Source: Heteronotia binoei (taxonomy: Eukaryota). From it: a stretch of DNA of 64,000 nt. The notes under the pieces were generated by a model that had not been told where the DNA came from, ran no database searches, and worked only from the letters and a program-made list of their open reading frames with translations. Shown here piece after piece: positions 50,702-59,829 of this stretch. The translations under genes were made by a program, and so were the position numbers. The first letter of the stretch is position 1; each line of letters begins with the position of its first letter. The stretch spans positions 39,370,001 to 39,434,000 of the forward strand of contig NC_083229.1 of the NCBI RefSeq assembly GCF_032191835.1. The letters are read 5' to 3'.

Positions 50702-52120
50702 TTAGTGAAAGATGGATCTGAGGACCGCTTGGCCGAAGGAGGCGTCACGTCGCGCACGAACGTCCAGCGCATAATGGGAGACGAACGTGGAAGGAGAGGA
50801 CCACGATGCAGCAGCACAGATGTCCTCTAGGGAGACGCCGTGCAGGAAAGCCGAAGACATCGAGACCGCTCTAGTAGAGTGAGCCTTAAGGCCTTCGGGC
50901 AGAGGCTGTTTAGCTAGTTCGTAGCACAGCCTAATGGCACTGACTACCCATTTAGATAGTCTCTGGGTAGAGATTTTGTGTCCCTTGGAAGGGTTTCCGT
51001 ATGCCACAAACAGATTAGGGTCCTTACGGAAGGGCCGTGTACGATCAAGGTAGAAAGATAAAGCCCTTCTTGCATCCAAAGAATGCAAGGCCCGTTGTCC
51101 GTGGTCGGTTGGGTTGGGAAAAAAAGTTGGCAGAGAGGTTGAAGACGATAAGTGGAACTGGGAAACAACCTTAGGAAGGAATACAGGGTCCGGTCTCAGG
51201 ACAACCTTTTCCTTGTGGAAAATGGTGTAAGGAGGATCGTGGCGGAAGGCGCATAAGTCACTTGCCCGTTTGCCAGAGGTAAGGGCAATCAGCAGAGCTG
51301 TCTTCCAGGAGAGAAGGCTGAGGTCTGTGGTAGCCATAGGTTCAAATGGTGCTTTCATAAGCGAGGAAAGAACTAGGGATAAACTCCAAGTTGGGACAAG
51401 GGGTTTAACGGGTGGATTGAGGTGCAACATGCCCTTGAGAAAGGATTTTGACAAGGAGTGAGAAAAAACTGTTTTGCCGTCTACCGGATTGTGGAACGCA
51501 GAGATGGCAGACAGATGAACTTTCAGGGATGAGTAGCAGAGTCCTGATTTCTGTAGAGAAAGTAAATACTCTAGGATCATATTGAGAGGTACTGACTCAG
51601 GAAGTAGATGGTTAGCAGTCGCGAATGAACAGAAGCGCTTCCATTTATGTTGGTACGAAAGCCTTGTGGAGGGCTTCCTTGCGTTGCGAATAACGTGGGC
51701 TACCTCTGCGGAGAGGTAGGAGGTCGAATTCTCCAGGCCGTTAAGGCCAGTACCTGAGGATTGTGGTGCAATATCTGACCATTGGCTTGGGACAGGAGGT
51801 CGCTCACAAGCGGGAGGCGACGGTAAGTGTGATGAGATAACTGGAGAAGTCTCGTGAACCATGGTTGCCGTGGCCACCAAGGGGCTACCAGGATGCAGTC
51901 CGTGCCGTCTCGTACGATCTTGATCAGTACCCGAGTCAGTAGAGGGGTTGGAGGGAAGATGTAGTGAAGAGGGCCCGTCCAGCTGTGTAGAAAGGCGTTG
52001 TTCCCCCTTCTCGAAAAGTAGCGTGGGCATTTGGCATTGTTCCTGGAGGCAAAGGCATCCACCATGGGTGTCCCGAAGCATCTTAAAATGCGTCGAAGGT
52101 AGGTCGGATTGAGGGACCAC
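50702..52120 (-). CDS. DIRS tyrosine recombinase (SAM-like N-domain plus catalytic R..H-x-x-R..Y)
   Basis: Motifs HLSAISAFH, SGKRASDL, LKAHSTRA, AASWSSPSTFVSHY. True start uncertain (see findings). Confidence 0.92.
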   Translation of the reverse strand: MVPQSDLPSTHFKMLRDTHGGCLCLQEQCQMPTLLFEKGEQRLSTQLDGPSSLHLPSNPSTDSGTDQDRTRRHGLHPGSPLVATATMVHETSPVISSHLPSPPACERPPVPSQWSDIAPQSSGTGLNGLENSTSYLSAEVAHVIRNARKPSTRLSYQHKWKRFCSFATANHLLPESVPLNMILEYLLSLQKSGLCYSSLKVHLSAISAFHNPVDGKTVFSHSLSKSFLKGMLHLNPPVKPLVPTWSLSLVLSSLMKAPFEPMATTDLSLLSWKTALLIALTSGKRASDLCAFRHDPPYTIFHKEKVVLRPDPVFLPKVVSQFHLSSSTSLPTFFPNPTDHGQRALHSLDARRALSFYLDRTRPFRKDPNLFVAYGNPSKGHKISTQRLSKWVVSAIRLCYELAKQPLPEGLKAHSTRAVSMSSAFLHGVSLEDICAAASWSSPSTFVSHYALDVRARRDASFGQAVLRSIFH

Positions 52121-53841
52121 TCGTGGTCGTCCACACGAAACCTGCTCAGAGAGTCAGCCAGGACATTGTCGACACCTGGGAGGTGAACGGCGGTCAAGTA
52201 AATGTTGTGTTCCAGACACCATTCCCACAGTAAAACGGCTATACGGCAAAGCCGGAGAGACCTGGTTCCTCCCTGCTTGTTGATATAGTAGACGGTTGCC
52301 ATGTTGTCCGTTGAAATCTGAACATGCCTTCCGTTGATCAGCGGGAGAAAGGATAAAAGGGCCCTGTGCACAGCAATCAGTTCTAAGCAGTTTATGTGCA
52401 TGGCCCTCTCGGAGGGAGTCCAAAGGCCTCTGACGGTCTTGTCCTCTAAGTGGGCTCCCCATCCCCACTTTGAGGCGTCCGTTGTCACAACAGCCACTGG
52501 AGGCGCCGGTAGAAACGGCATGCCCGCGAGGAGATTGCTGGGTATCGTCCACCACGTGAGGGATGAAAGTGCTCTCTGGGGAACCATGAGTAAGACACTC
52601 TGCGGTTGCAACTGAGGATGGTAGGCTCTCACGAACCAAAGCTGTAGTTGTCGCATCCTTAGCTTGGCAAAGCGGATGACGGAGGTCGTAGCGGCCATGA
52701 GGCCCAGCAAGCATTGGATTGTGAATGCAGGCTGGCAAGGTTGTCGTTGAATTGACCTGGCTAAGGTGATGATAGTAATTGCACGATCCTCAGGGAGGAA
52801 AGCACGGTGGAGAGAAGTGCGGAGGAGAGCCCCTATAAACTTGATGTCCTGAGTAGGCTCGAGATGGGATTTGGATGCGTTCACACAAAGTCCCAGGGAT
52901 TTGAGAAGAGAGAGCGTTGTGTTGATGTTGCTCTGTAAACGACGCTGGGTCGGTGCTATGAGAAGCCAGTCGTCGATATATGGGAAGACTGTGATGTCTC
53001 GTAGTCTGAGGGCCGCTGCCACCACCGCCATACACTTGGTGAATACCCTTGGCGCGGTGGAGAGGCCAAAGGGTAGAGATACGTACTGGAAGTGGTCTTG
53101 TCCCATGGCGAATCGCAGATACTTCCGATGATGAGGTCGGATTGTCACATGGAAGTAAGCGTCCTGCAGATCTAGGGAAGCCATCCAGGAATTCCTGGGA
53201 ATAAGAGGTAGGAGAGCCTGTAGGGAGATCATTCTGAACCTCCTGTATTCGATGAACTTGTTCAGCTCCCGAAGATCTAGGATAGGGCGCTTTCCTCCAT
53301 CCCTTTTGGGGACCAGGAAGTATCTTGAGTAGAATCCCGTCCCTCGATGTTGGGGAGGAACGGGTTCTATGGCATTCTTCTGGAGCAGGTCCAGAATTTC
53401 CTGAAGGAGGAGTGCAGATGGAGGGGTAGCTATGAAGTGGTGGTGGTGTGGTGGCGAAACGAACTCTATTGCGTAACCTAGATGCACGATAGTAAGGACC
53501 CAAGAGTCGGTGGTGATGGAACTCCAACTTGGGTAAAAGGGAGATAGTCTGGTATGCCCGTTGGGAGAGTCAAAGAGACTGCTTGCCTGTCTGGGACTGC
53601 TTCTTAGAAGGTTGAGCCCGTGGCCTCTGATGAAAAGGCTGTTTTGGGAGAGGTTTCCTTTTCCAGAAATCTTGAGATTTAGGAGACCTTTGACGGCGCT
53701 GAAAGGATGGCTTCCAGGGTCTTTGCCTATTAGAGGGCAGTGAGGTTGGTTGTGTGACTCCAAGACGTTTCGCTCTCTTACGGCCGTCATCGACCGATGC
53801 GAGGACCTCATCCGTGGACGCATGGAATAGACCCAGGCCAT
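51700..53841 (-). CDS. DIRS pol: reverse transcriptase, RNase H and Dam-like methyltransferase domain
   Basis: YFLVPKRDGGKRPILDLR, SLDLQDAYFH, FGLSTAPRVF, YIDD; TDAS, HINCLEL, TDN, ADSLSR; DAFAS..., YIFPP, APWWPRQPWF. Uninterrupted 713 codons. Confidence 0.93.
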   Translation of the reverse strand: MAWVYSMRPRMRSSHRSMTAVRERNVLESHNQPHCPLIGKDPGSHPFSAVKGLLNLKISGKGNLSQNSLFIRGHGLNLLRSSPRQASSLFDSPNGHTRLSPFYPSWSSITTDSWVLTIVHLGYAIEFVSPPHHHHFIATPPSALLLQEILDLLQKNAIEPVPPQHRGTGFYSRYFLVPKRDGGKRPILDLRELNKFIEYRRFRMISLQALLPLIPRNSWMASLDLQDAYFHVTIRPHHRKYLRFAMGQDHFQYVSLPFGLSTAPRVFTKCMAVVAAALRLRDITVFPYIDDWLLIAPTQRRLQSNINTTLSLLKSLGLCVNASKSHLEPTQDIKFIGALLRTSLHRAFLPEDRAITIITLARSIQRQPCQPAFTIQCLLGLMAATTSVIRFAKLRMRQLQLWFVRAYHPQLQPQSVLLMVPQRALSSLTWWTIPSNLLAGMPFLPAPPVAVVTTDASKWGWGAHLEDKTVRGLWTPSERAMHINCLELIAVHRALLSFLPLINGRHVQISTDNMATVYYINKQGGTRSLRLCRIAVLLWEWCLEHNIYLTAVHLPGVDNVLADSLSRFRVDDHEWSLNPTYLRRILRCFGTPMVDAFASRNNAKCPRYFSRRGNNAFLHSWTGPLHYIFPPTPLLTRVLIKIVRDGTDCILVAPWWPRQPWFTRLLQLSHHTYRRLPLVSDLLSQANGQILHHNPQVLALTAWRIRPPTSPQR

Positions 53842-56143
53842 CGAAAGGAAGGTCTTCTATACGCTGCTTGATGTCTGGCTGTAGGTTCGTAGAGCGCAGC
53901 CAGGCGTGGCGACGTAAAGCCACCGAGGTTGCGAAGACTCGGGAAGAACAGGAAACCGCATGGCGGATAGAGTTGATTTGTTGTTTTGAGACACGGGAAA
54001 GCTCAGAGACGAGAGCCGAGACAGCTTTTTGAGAAGAGTCAGGCATGGATGTGATGTGTGGGGTGATCTGGTTTGCCAAGTTGAAGGAGTAAGCCGCAAA
54101 ATAGGCCAAGTAATTGTTCAACTTAGAGTTGGTTGAAGAGAAGCTATAGATTTTCTTAGCCAGAGTGTCCAATTTCCGGCCCTCGCAGTCCGGAGGAACG
54201 GGGTGGCGAGATTGTTTGTTCTTGGTGGCGGAATGAACAACAATAGAGTTGGGTGCCGGGTGGGAAGCGAGGAATTTGCAGTCAGCTGCGTGCACCCTAT
54301 AAAGAGAATCCAGGCGTCGGGAAAGTGTAGGGATCGAAGCCGGCTTCTCCCAGGCTTCCTGGAGACCTTCAAGGTGTACAGGAAGCATAGGAAGCGTAGA
54401 GCTATCAGGGAAGTCTGCGCGAACCAGGTCGTGTACCACATCCGAGACCTTAGGTGAATCAGAGGACATAGGGATGTTTAGTGCGGAAGCCATGGTTGTG
54501 ATCAGATTAAGGTAAGCCTTAGAACTATCGGATGGTGAAAGCCTAGGAGGTTGGTCCGATGAGGGCGAGGCTGGAGCCTCCTCGGAGTCGGAGTGGTCAG
54601 AGGTGTCTCTATCTGAAGTCGAGACGGGATGTTGTGGTGACTTGGGCTCGACGGGTGAAGGGTCCCGAGGACGTTTTAGCGGCGAAGTAGGCGGTTTGGA
54701 AACCGATGCAGATGCTGTCCTGGGAGAATCTCGGTTCCGAGAAAGAACAGGAGGCTGCACAACGTTGTGAGATCCCGGTGCAGTCTGGGAGCCGAAATCG
54801 TCTCGGGTCCGTAGGGCTGCCGCATCATCTCGGGTGCGAGGGGTTGGCTCTTCTCGGGAAGAGTAGTAGTGATGCTGATAATCATCATAGCAATCGGGAG
54901 ACAGATGGCGGTAATAAGGAGATCGCTGGTCGCGTGAACGATAGTAGTCACGGGGTCCGGGAGAATAATAATCCCTGAGTCGAGGTATATAGACATCTCT
55001 GGAGAAAGACTCGGGGTCGAAGTCGGAGAGATGCCTGTAGCTGTGGCGCGATGGCGAACGCAGGTACCGATGGTAACGTGAGTGAAGTTGAGGTGACGGA
55101 GACCGGGATGGAGAACGGTCCCGTCGATAGTCGCGATGGTAGTCACCATACCGGGACCGGGAGCGATCGCGGCGACAGTCACGGTAGTCATCTCGATGCG
55201 GAGAGTTGGGACGATCTCGGATCGGAGATCTCGGACGGAGCGGAGACCGCGAGCGAGAGCGGGGCCGCGGGGATCGAGATCGGAGCCGATGAGAGGAGAC
55301 TTGGGTAGAAGATTCCTTAAGCAGTGGGGTTGTAATGTCCTTAAGCACTGGGGTTGTAATGTCCTTGAGCAATGGAGTTGTAACGTCCTTAAGCACTGGT
55401 GTTGTGATGTCGAGGAAGGATTCTGGTCTGAGAGGTGGAGCCTCGGAGTCGAGAATATCAATAGGAGGGAGGCTGTGCACCGAGGGCGATCTAGAGCCAA
55501 TCGGGATCACTTCAATAGAGGGTTGAGTGAGGCGGGGCATTTCCGAGATGACATCGGAAGGAGCCGAGAGTTCGATTGGTAAGATCGGATTCGAGTGCGC
55601 AGAAGCCGTTTGCGCAGCCGCCGAAGCCGATTGCGCAGCCGCCGAAGCCGATTGCGCAGCCGTAGCAAAGGCGGAAGTGCTGGAAGCCACGGAGCTAGAA
55701 GCCGACGGGTCGTGGTGCTTCTTAGGCGCCGAAGTGGTCGGGCTGGAGGTTTCCGGACTCGAGTGGTGTGGCTTCGACAGGCTCGATTCGCCGTGACGGG
55801 TCTGTTTAGGCGCCTTATGCCCCTCAGAGTGCTTAGAAGCCTTTCTGTCGGACTTATGCTTCCTAGGTACGATAGGAAGGGCCGAAGCTGCCGAATCTCC
55901 CGCTCTAAATGGGGGAGGCGGCGGATCTGAGGTAGACATCGCGCGGAGAGAAGATTCGATGAGGAAACTACGAAGACGAGCTGCTCTGTTCTTGCGCGCC
56001 TGCTTACCGAAGCAAGCGCAGTGGTGGCAGTTATCGACTCTGTGGGATTCCCCCAAGCAAAAGAGGCAGAGCGAGTGACCGTCAGAGGACGGAATTTTAG
56101 AAGCACACTGCCTGCACCTTTTAAAGGTGATTTTCCCTTCCAT
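53570..56143 (-). CDS. DIRS gag/ORF1 (857 aa): N-terminal Cys-rich zinc finger, Ser/Arg-rich linker, LAP2alpha-like C-domain
   Basis: Likely start MEGKITFKRCRQC at 56143; CxxC...CxxC...CxxC motif; C-terminal EAWEKPAS...RKLDTLAKKIY...AWLRS. Uninterrupted. Confidence 0.88.
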   Translation of the reverse strand: MEGKITFKRCRQCASKIPSSDGHSLCLFCLGESHRVDNCHHCACFGKQARKNRAARLRSFLIESSLRAMSTSDPPPPPFRAGDSAASALPIVPRKHKSDRKASKHSEGHKAPKQTRHGESSLSKPHHSSPETSSPTTSAPKKHHDPSASSSVASSTSAFATAAQSASAAAQSASAAAQTASAHSNPILPIELSAPSDVISEMPRLTQPSIEVIPIGSRSPSVHSLPPIDILDSEAPPLRPESFLDITTPVLKDVTTPLLKDITTPVLKDITTPLLKESSTQVSSHRLRSRSPRPRSRSRSPLRPRSPIRDRPNSPHRDDYRDCRRDRSRSRYGDYHRDYRRDRSPSRSPSPQLHSRYHRYLRSPSRHSYRHLSDFDPESFSRDVYIPRLRDYYSPGPRDYYRSRDQRSPYYRHLSPDCYDDYQHHYYSSREEPTPRTRDDAAALRTRDDFGSQTAPGSHNVVQPPVLSRNRDSPRTASASVSKPPTSPLKRPRDPSPVEPKSPQHPVSTSDRDTSDHSDSEEAPASPSSDQPPRLSPSDSSKAYLNLITTMASALNIPMSSDSPKVSDVVHDLVRADFPDSSTLPMLPVHLEGLQEAWEKPASIPTLSRRLDSLYRVHAADCKFLASHPAPNSIVVHSATKNKQSRHPVPPDCEGRKLDTLAKKIYSFSSTNSKLNNYLAYFAAYSFNLANQITPHITSMPDSSQKAVSALVSELSRVSKQQINSIRHAVSCSSRVFATSVALRRHAWLRSTNLQPDIKQRIEDLPFDGLGLFHASTDEVLASVDDGRKRAKRLGVTQPTSLPSNRQRPWKPSFQRRQRSPKSQDFWKRKPLPKQPFHQRPRAQPSKKQSQTGKQSL

Positions 56144-56571
56144 CCGTTCCGGACAGGGGAAGAGAGGGAAGGGAGAGACGGGGTTGGGGGGGGGGGTAGA
56201 AAGGAAGAAAGCGAAAGCGCAGAATCGGGTTCTACCTTCTTTTTTTTTTATATATATTATTAGGACGAAGGAAAGAGTAAGTAGTAAGAAAAAGAGAGAT
56301 AGTACGATACCAAGAGACGAGCCAGAGGAGGAACGCAACGAGGTAGGTGTTGTCCGGGCGGCGGAAGGGAAGAAACTGAGTGGAATGGGCGCTCTCCCCC
56401 CGCTCCAGGCATGCGCAGTCGCTGCCTGCTCCCCAGGGCGGGAGGAAAGCGCGCCAAAAGACGTTATAAACGAGCTATTGGAGCTCCGAGGTATGGATCC
56501 GTTGCCTGCGGCAAGACCCATGTGTGGGACTGCACAGAGACCACGAAGAAGATCTGCCCATTTACACTCAC

Positions 56572-56631
56572 TCTCTGTTCCAAATGTTCACAGCCATGGT
56601 TGTTCAGCAAGCAATAGTCTATTCCTGAGAA
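56572..56631 (-). pseudogene. Copied fragment of a MATN2 EGF exon start with its acceptor (IDYCLLNNHGCEHL) inside the CR1
   Basis: 56584-56631 matches 48111-48158 at 45/48 positions, including 28 identical nt across ttctcag|GAATAGACTATTGC. Confidence 0.75.
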
Positions 56632-57818
56632 TATAATCCACAAGAGGACTTGCCCTCTTATCTCATGACTGCTGAGTTTACTTAGGAGCCCTTGATGAGG
56701 AACTTTATCAAAAGCTTTCAGAAGTCTAAGGAAACAATTGTGTCACCCTTGTCCATATGCTTGTCCACCCTCTCATAGAACTCTAAAAGGTTAGTAAGAC
56801 AAGATCTCCCCTTACAGAATCCATTCTGATTCCTCAATAGTTTTTGTTCATCGATGTGCTTACTAATTCTATCTGTAATAATGGATTCTACCAACATTAG
56901 ATTGACCAGCCTATAATTCCTGAATCTCCTCTGGAACCTCTTTTAAAGATGGGCTTTAAAAGTTACCGTCCAGTCCTCCGGAATGAAGGCAGATTTCAAT
57001 GATAGATCGCATATTTTTGTTATTATCCTCTACAGCAATCGAGTAATATGAGGATTTTATTTTTTAGGTTTTCACAGGAAACTCCAAAGTAGAACAGAGC
57101 CTGTTTCCAAATAATAAGTGGGGCAAACTGGCAAGTAGAAGCAACATCCCAGAGGAATAATCATAAGATCAGGGCTTAACAGACACATGCCTAGAGTTAA
57201 TGTAAAATGTTAGAGCTTTTGATGGGAATCCCAAGTGCTGCCTGGAGAAAAATAAAACCCCATAAACATTTTCCCTACTACTCAGGAAAAAGCCTTTTCC
57301 ATTTGGTAGGTTAATAAAACTACTTTAAAAGGCCTCTTGCATTTTTTTGCAAGCATGGATTTAAACAGACACCATGGATTGGATTAGAACAGCACTAACT
57401 CTTTTCTCCTAATATGTGCTGCTTCTCAAGCTTATTCTTCGGGTGTTTTTCCTAAGGGCTATAGCTTCTCATTTTCAATCTGTTCATCCACGTTGAGGGT
57501 CTTAACAAAGGACTCAAAAACAAATCAGGATTTTATCTTTAGCAGTGTAGGTACGCTAGCAACTCACCAAGTACCGGTATCACAAGAACCTATCCCTTGG
57601 CAGCAGGTGAGGTAACAGCACTAGTGTAGTAGGGACAGTCACATGGATGTGTTTATTAAAACAATGTATATTCTGGCTTTCTGTTTATCTGTTGATATCA
57701 CAAAGTACTGTACAGTTTTTCATTTGAGCTTTTCCAGTTAATTGGCATGCACTGTATAAAGCAATATGAGTACCTTAAATCAGCTTTCTATTCTCTGTAC
57801 CCCAATCAAGAGACTCAC

Positions 57819-57941
57819 GTGAACAAGTCTTTAGATCCTCATTAATGATGTACCCTTCAGAACACTGACAGACATAGGACTCCCGGGTGTTCACACACAG
57901 TTGCTCACAACCATGGTTGTTCTCAGCACAGTGGTCTACTC
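57819..57941 (-). CDS. MATN2: MATN2 EGF exon ([40 protein letters not shown])
   Basis: 123 nt, six Cys, AG/GT boundaries; matches recalled human VDHCAQQDHGCEQLCLN. Upstream MATN2 exons lie outside the window. Confidence 0.96.
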
Positions 57942-59536
57942 CTGAGTTAGGTGTTAGCAATGGAAGATAAAAGAATTGCAAATTTAAAATCTTCCCATCC
58001 AGATATGTAAGAATCCAGACATGAACAGAGAATGACATTTTTTGATCATTAGACATTCCACTTAACTACTGCTTTAAGCTTTTTGAGCAGTTCAATTCCT
58101 ACTTCACTGAGGTAGTGGTAAAATCCTGGCTCACATAAAGTCAAAAGGTTAATGGCACAAAGACTACAATTTCACTGTGTAAACTGAGGAAACACAACAC
58201 CATTTTGCACATTAGCATGGTTACATAGCTCTGATAGAGAATACTTCCAAGAGAGAGAGAAACACCAGAGACATGCACACAGTAGAGATTAATTAATCTT
58301 TGAAGGCTGGACTGTGGTCTCATGAAGAACAACTGGAAGGCAGGGTTGATACGTGCTTTTAAGAATGTACTGTGCAACTATGCTGGCTCTGGTAGTACAC
58401 AGCAAAGCACATTTTTGGAAAGAAAAACATCTGAAAGGAAAGGAAAAAGACTTCTCTCAATCAAGTTGCGCCTTTAGTTTACTGCTCCAGGTGAGGTTTT
58501 TACAGCCCAGTCTTGGGTCAGTTCAAACAGGAAAAAAGCCTCAATGTTATTCTTTTGGACCTTCCCTGGATATAAAAATGACAGCAGAACAGCTCTATAT
58601 GAGCTGGCATTCCACAGACATGCTGGCTTTTGTGATTTCCAGGACTGCAGAAGAGGGTGTTCACTTAGGGAAATGTTCCCGCTCAAAGGTGTTGCATGAG
58701 AATATCTGGGTACTAGTTTGTTTTACTTGCTTTGTTTTATCCCACCCTTTGTCCTCTATTGGAACCCAAAGCAGTTTATGCCATTTTCCTCTTCTTCCAT
58801 TTTATTCTCACAACTACCCTGGGAAGGAAGTTAGGCTGAGAGTGTGTGAATGGCCCAAGGACACCCAGTAAACTTCCATGGCAGAGTGGGGTTCAAACCC
58901 AGGTCTCCAAGATTCCAGTCCACCACTCAAACCACTACACCACAGTGGCTACTTCTTTTATTATCAATCACTGGAATTCAAGGGATAGCCATTACCTTCT
59001 ATTCATATTGCAGTACAATTGTGTTATGCTGTTTAAGGAGGAAAGATACCCATATGGAACACTAAAAAGCACACTTGCTGGATTAACAGTCAGTCTTAAG
59101 GCTACAAAATCCCTGTGTTTGTTGGAGGATATGACAATTCTGCCCTCCCTTACAGGGTTTTCCTGTTCGCTAAACAGCCCTTCCCAGTTGTTTGAATGTA
59201 TATTGTTAGATGCTGACCTAGCCAAGAGAACTGAAGGGAGAGACTAAAATCCTTCTTCTCACAAAATGGCACAAAAGAGGCTGATGGTAAATTTAAAAAT
59301 AAATCGTTTTATTTAACTTTGAGGGGATATGGTCAGGTATGAATCAGGTTTAGGAGTTATGAAGTGAACAGAGAACAGGACTGAAGTAACTGCGTATAAA
59401 AATAAACACCAGATATTTTGTCACAAGCAAGTAACTGTTTCTGATATTCAGACAGGTTTTTAGAACTTGAGGAAATAGATTTCTTAGCAGTTTTTCTTCC
59501 ATAAACCAGCATAAGCTTCTTGGTCTAAGAGACGCG

Positions 59537-59793
59537 AAGCCCTCTGCTCATGACCTGAGTTTGAACCCAGTGGAAGCTGGTTCAGGTAGCCGGCTCCAGG
59601 TTGACTCAGTCTTCCATCCTTCTCAAGTCGGTAAAATGAGTACCCAAACCGTTGGGGGGGGCGGGGGGAGTGTAGATGATTTGGGAAGGCAATGGCAAAC
59701 CATAAAAAGTCTGTCATGAAACGTTATGAAAGCAACATCACCCCAGAGTTGAAAACGACTGGTGCTTGCACAGGGGACTACCTTCACCTTTTT
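59537..59793 (+). mobile_element. Sauria SINE, 5' degenerate
   Basis: Same body and tail as 34-324. Confidence 0.8.
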
Positions 59794-59829
59794 TAAGCTT
59801 CCCACATTCCTAACTTAGGGTCCTTCTTG

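Larger units (their letters stand above)
50189..56553 (-). mobile_element. DIRS1-type tyrosine-recombinase retrotransposon, full length (about 6365 bp), young
   Basis: 186-bp ITRs (56368-56553 and 50226-50411), 37-nt right extension (50189-50225), internal complementary region (50489-50585), gag, RT/RH/MT and YR ORFs, no TSD. Confidence 0.95.
48677..57020 (-). mobile_element. CR1 LINE (RT and 3' end) split by nested insertions: pieces at about 48677-48937, 49340-50188 and 56554-57020
   Basis: RT motif KAFDKVPHQ (reverse complement of ccttgatgaggaactttatcaaaagctttc, 56690-56719); CR1 text continues across the DIRS and the inner CR1. Confidence 0.8.

Noticed and set aside
52154-53572. Selenocysteine recoding of the in-frame TGA codons in the DIRS
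   Set aside because: No SECIS-like structure recognised; CpG decay or ordinary leaky read-through is simpler.
55316-55665. Regularly spaced short repeats as a CRISPR-like array
   Set aside because: Head-to-tail in-frame coding repeats without unique spacers, in a vertebrate retrotransposon.
53754-56636. Plus-strand ORFs antisense to DIRS gag (e.g. 55136-55582, 56127-56636)
   Set aside because: Shadow ORFs of GC-rich, repetitive coding sequence and ITR; no motifs.
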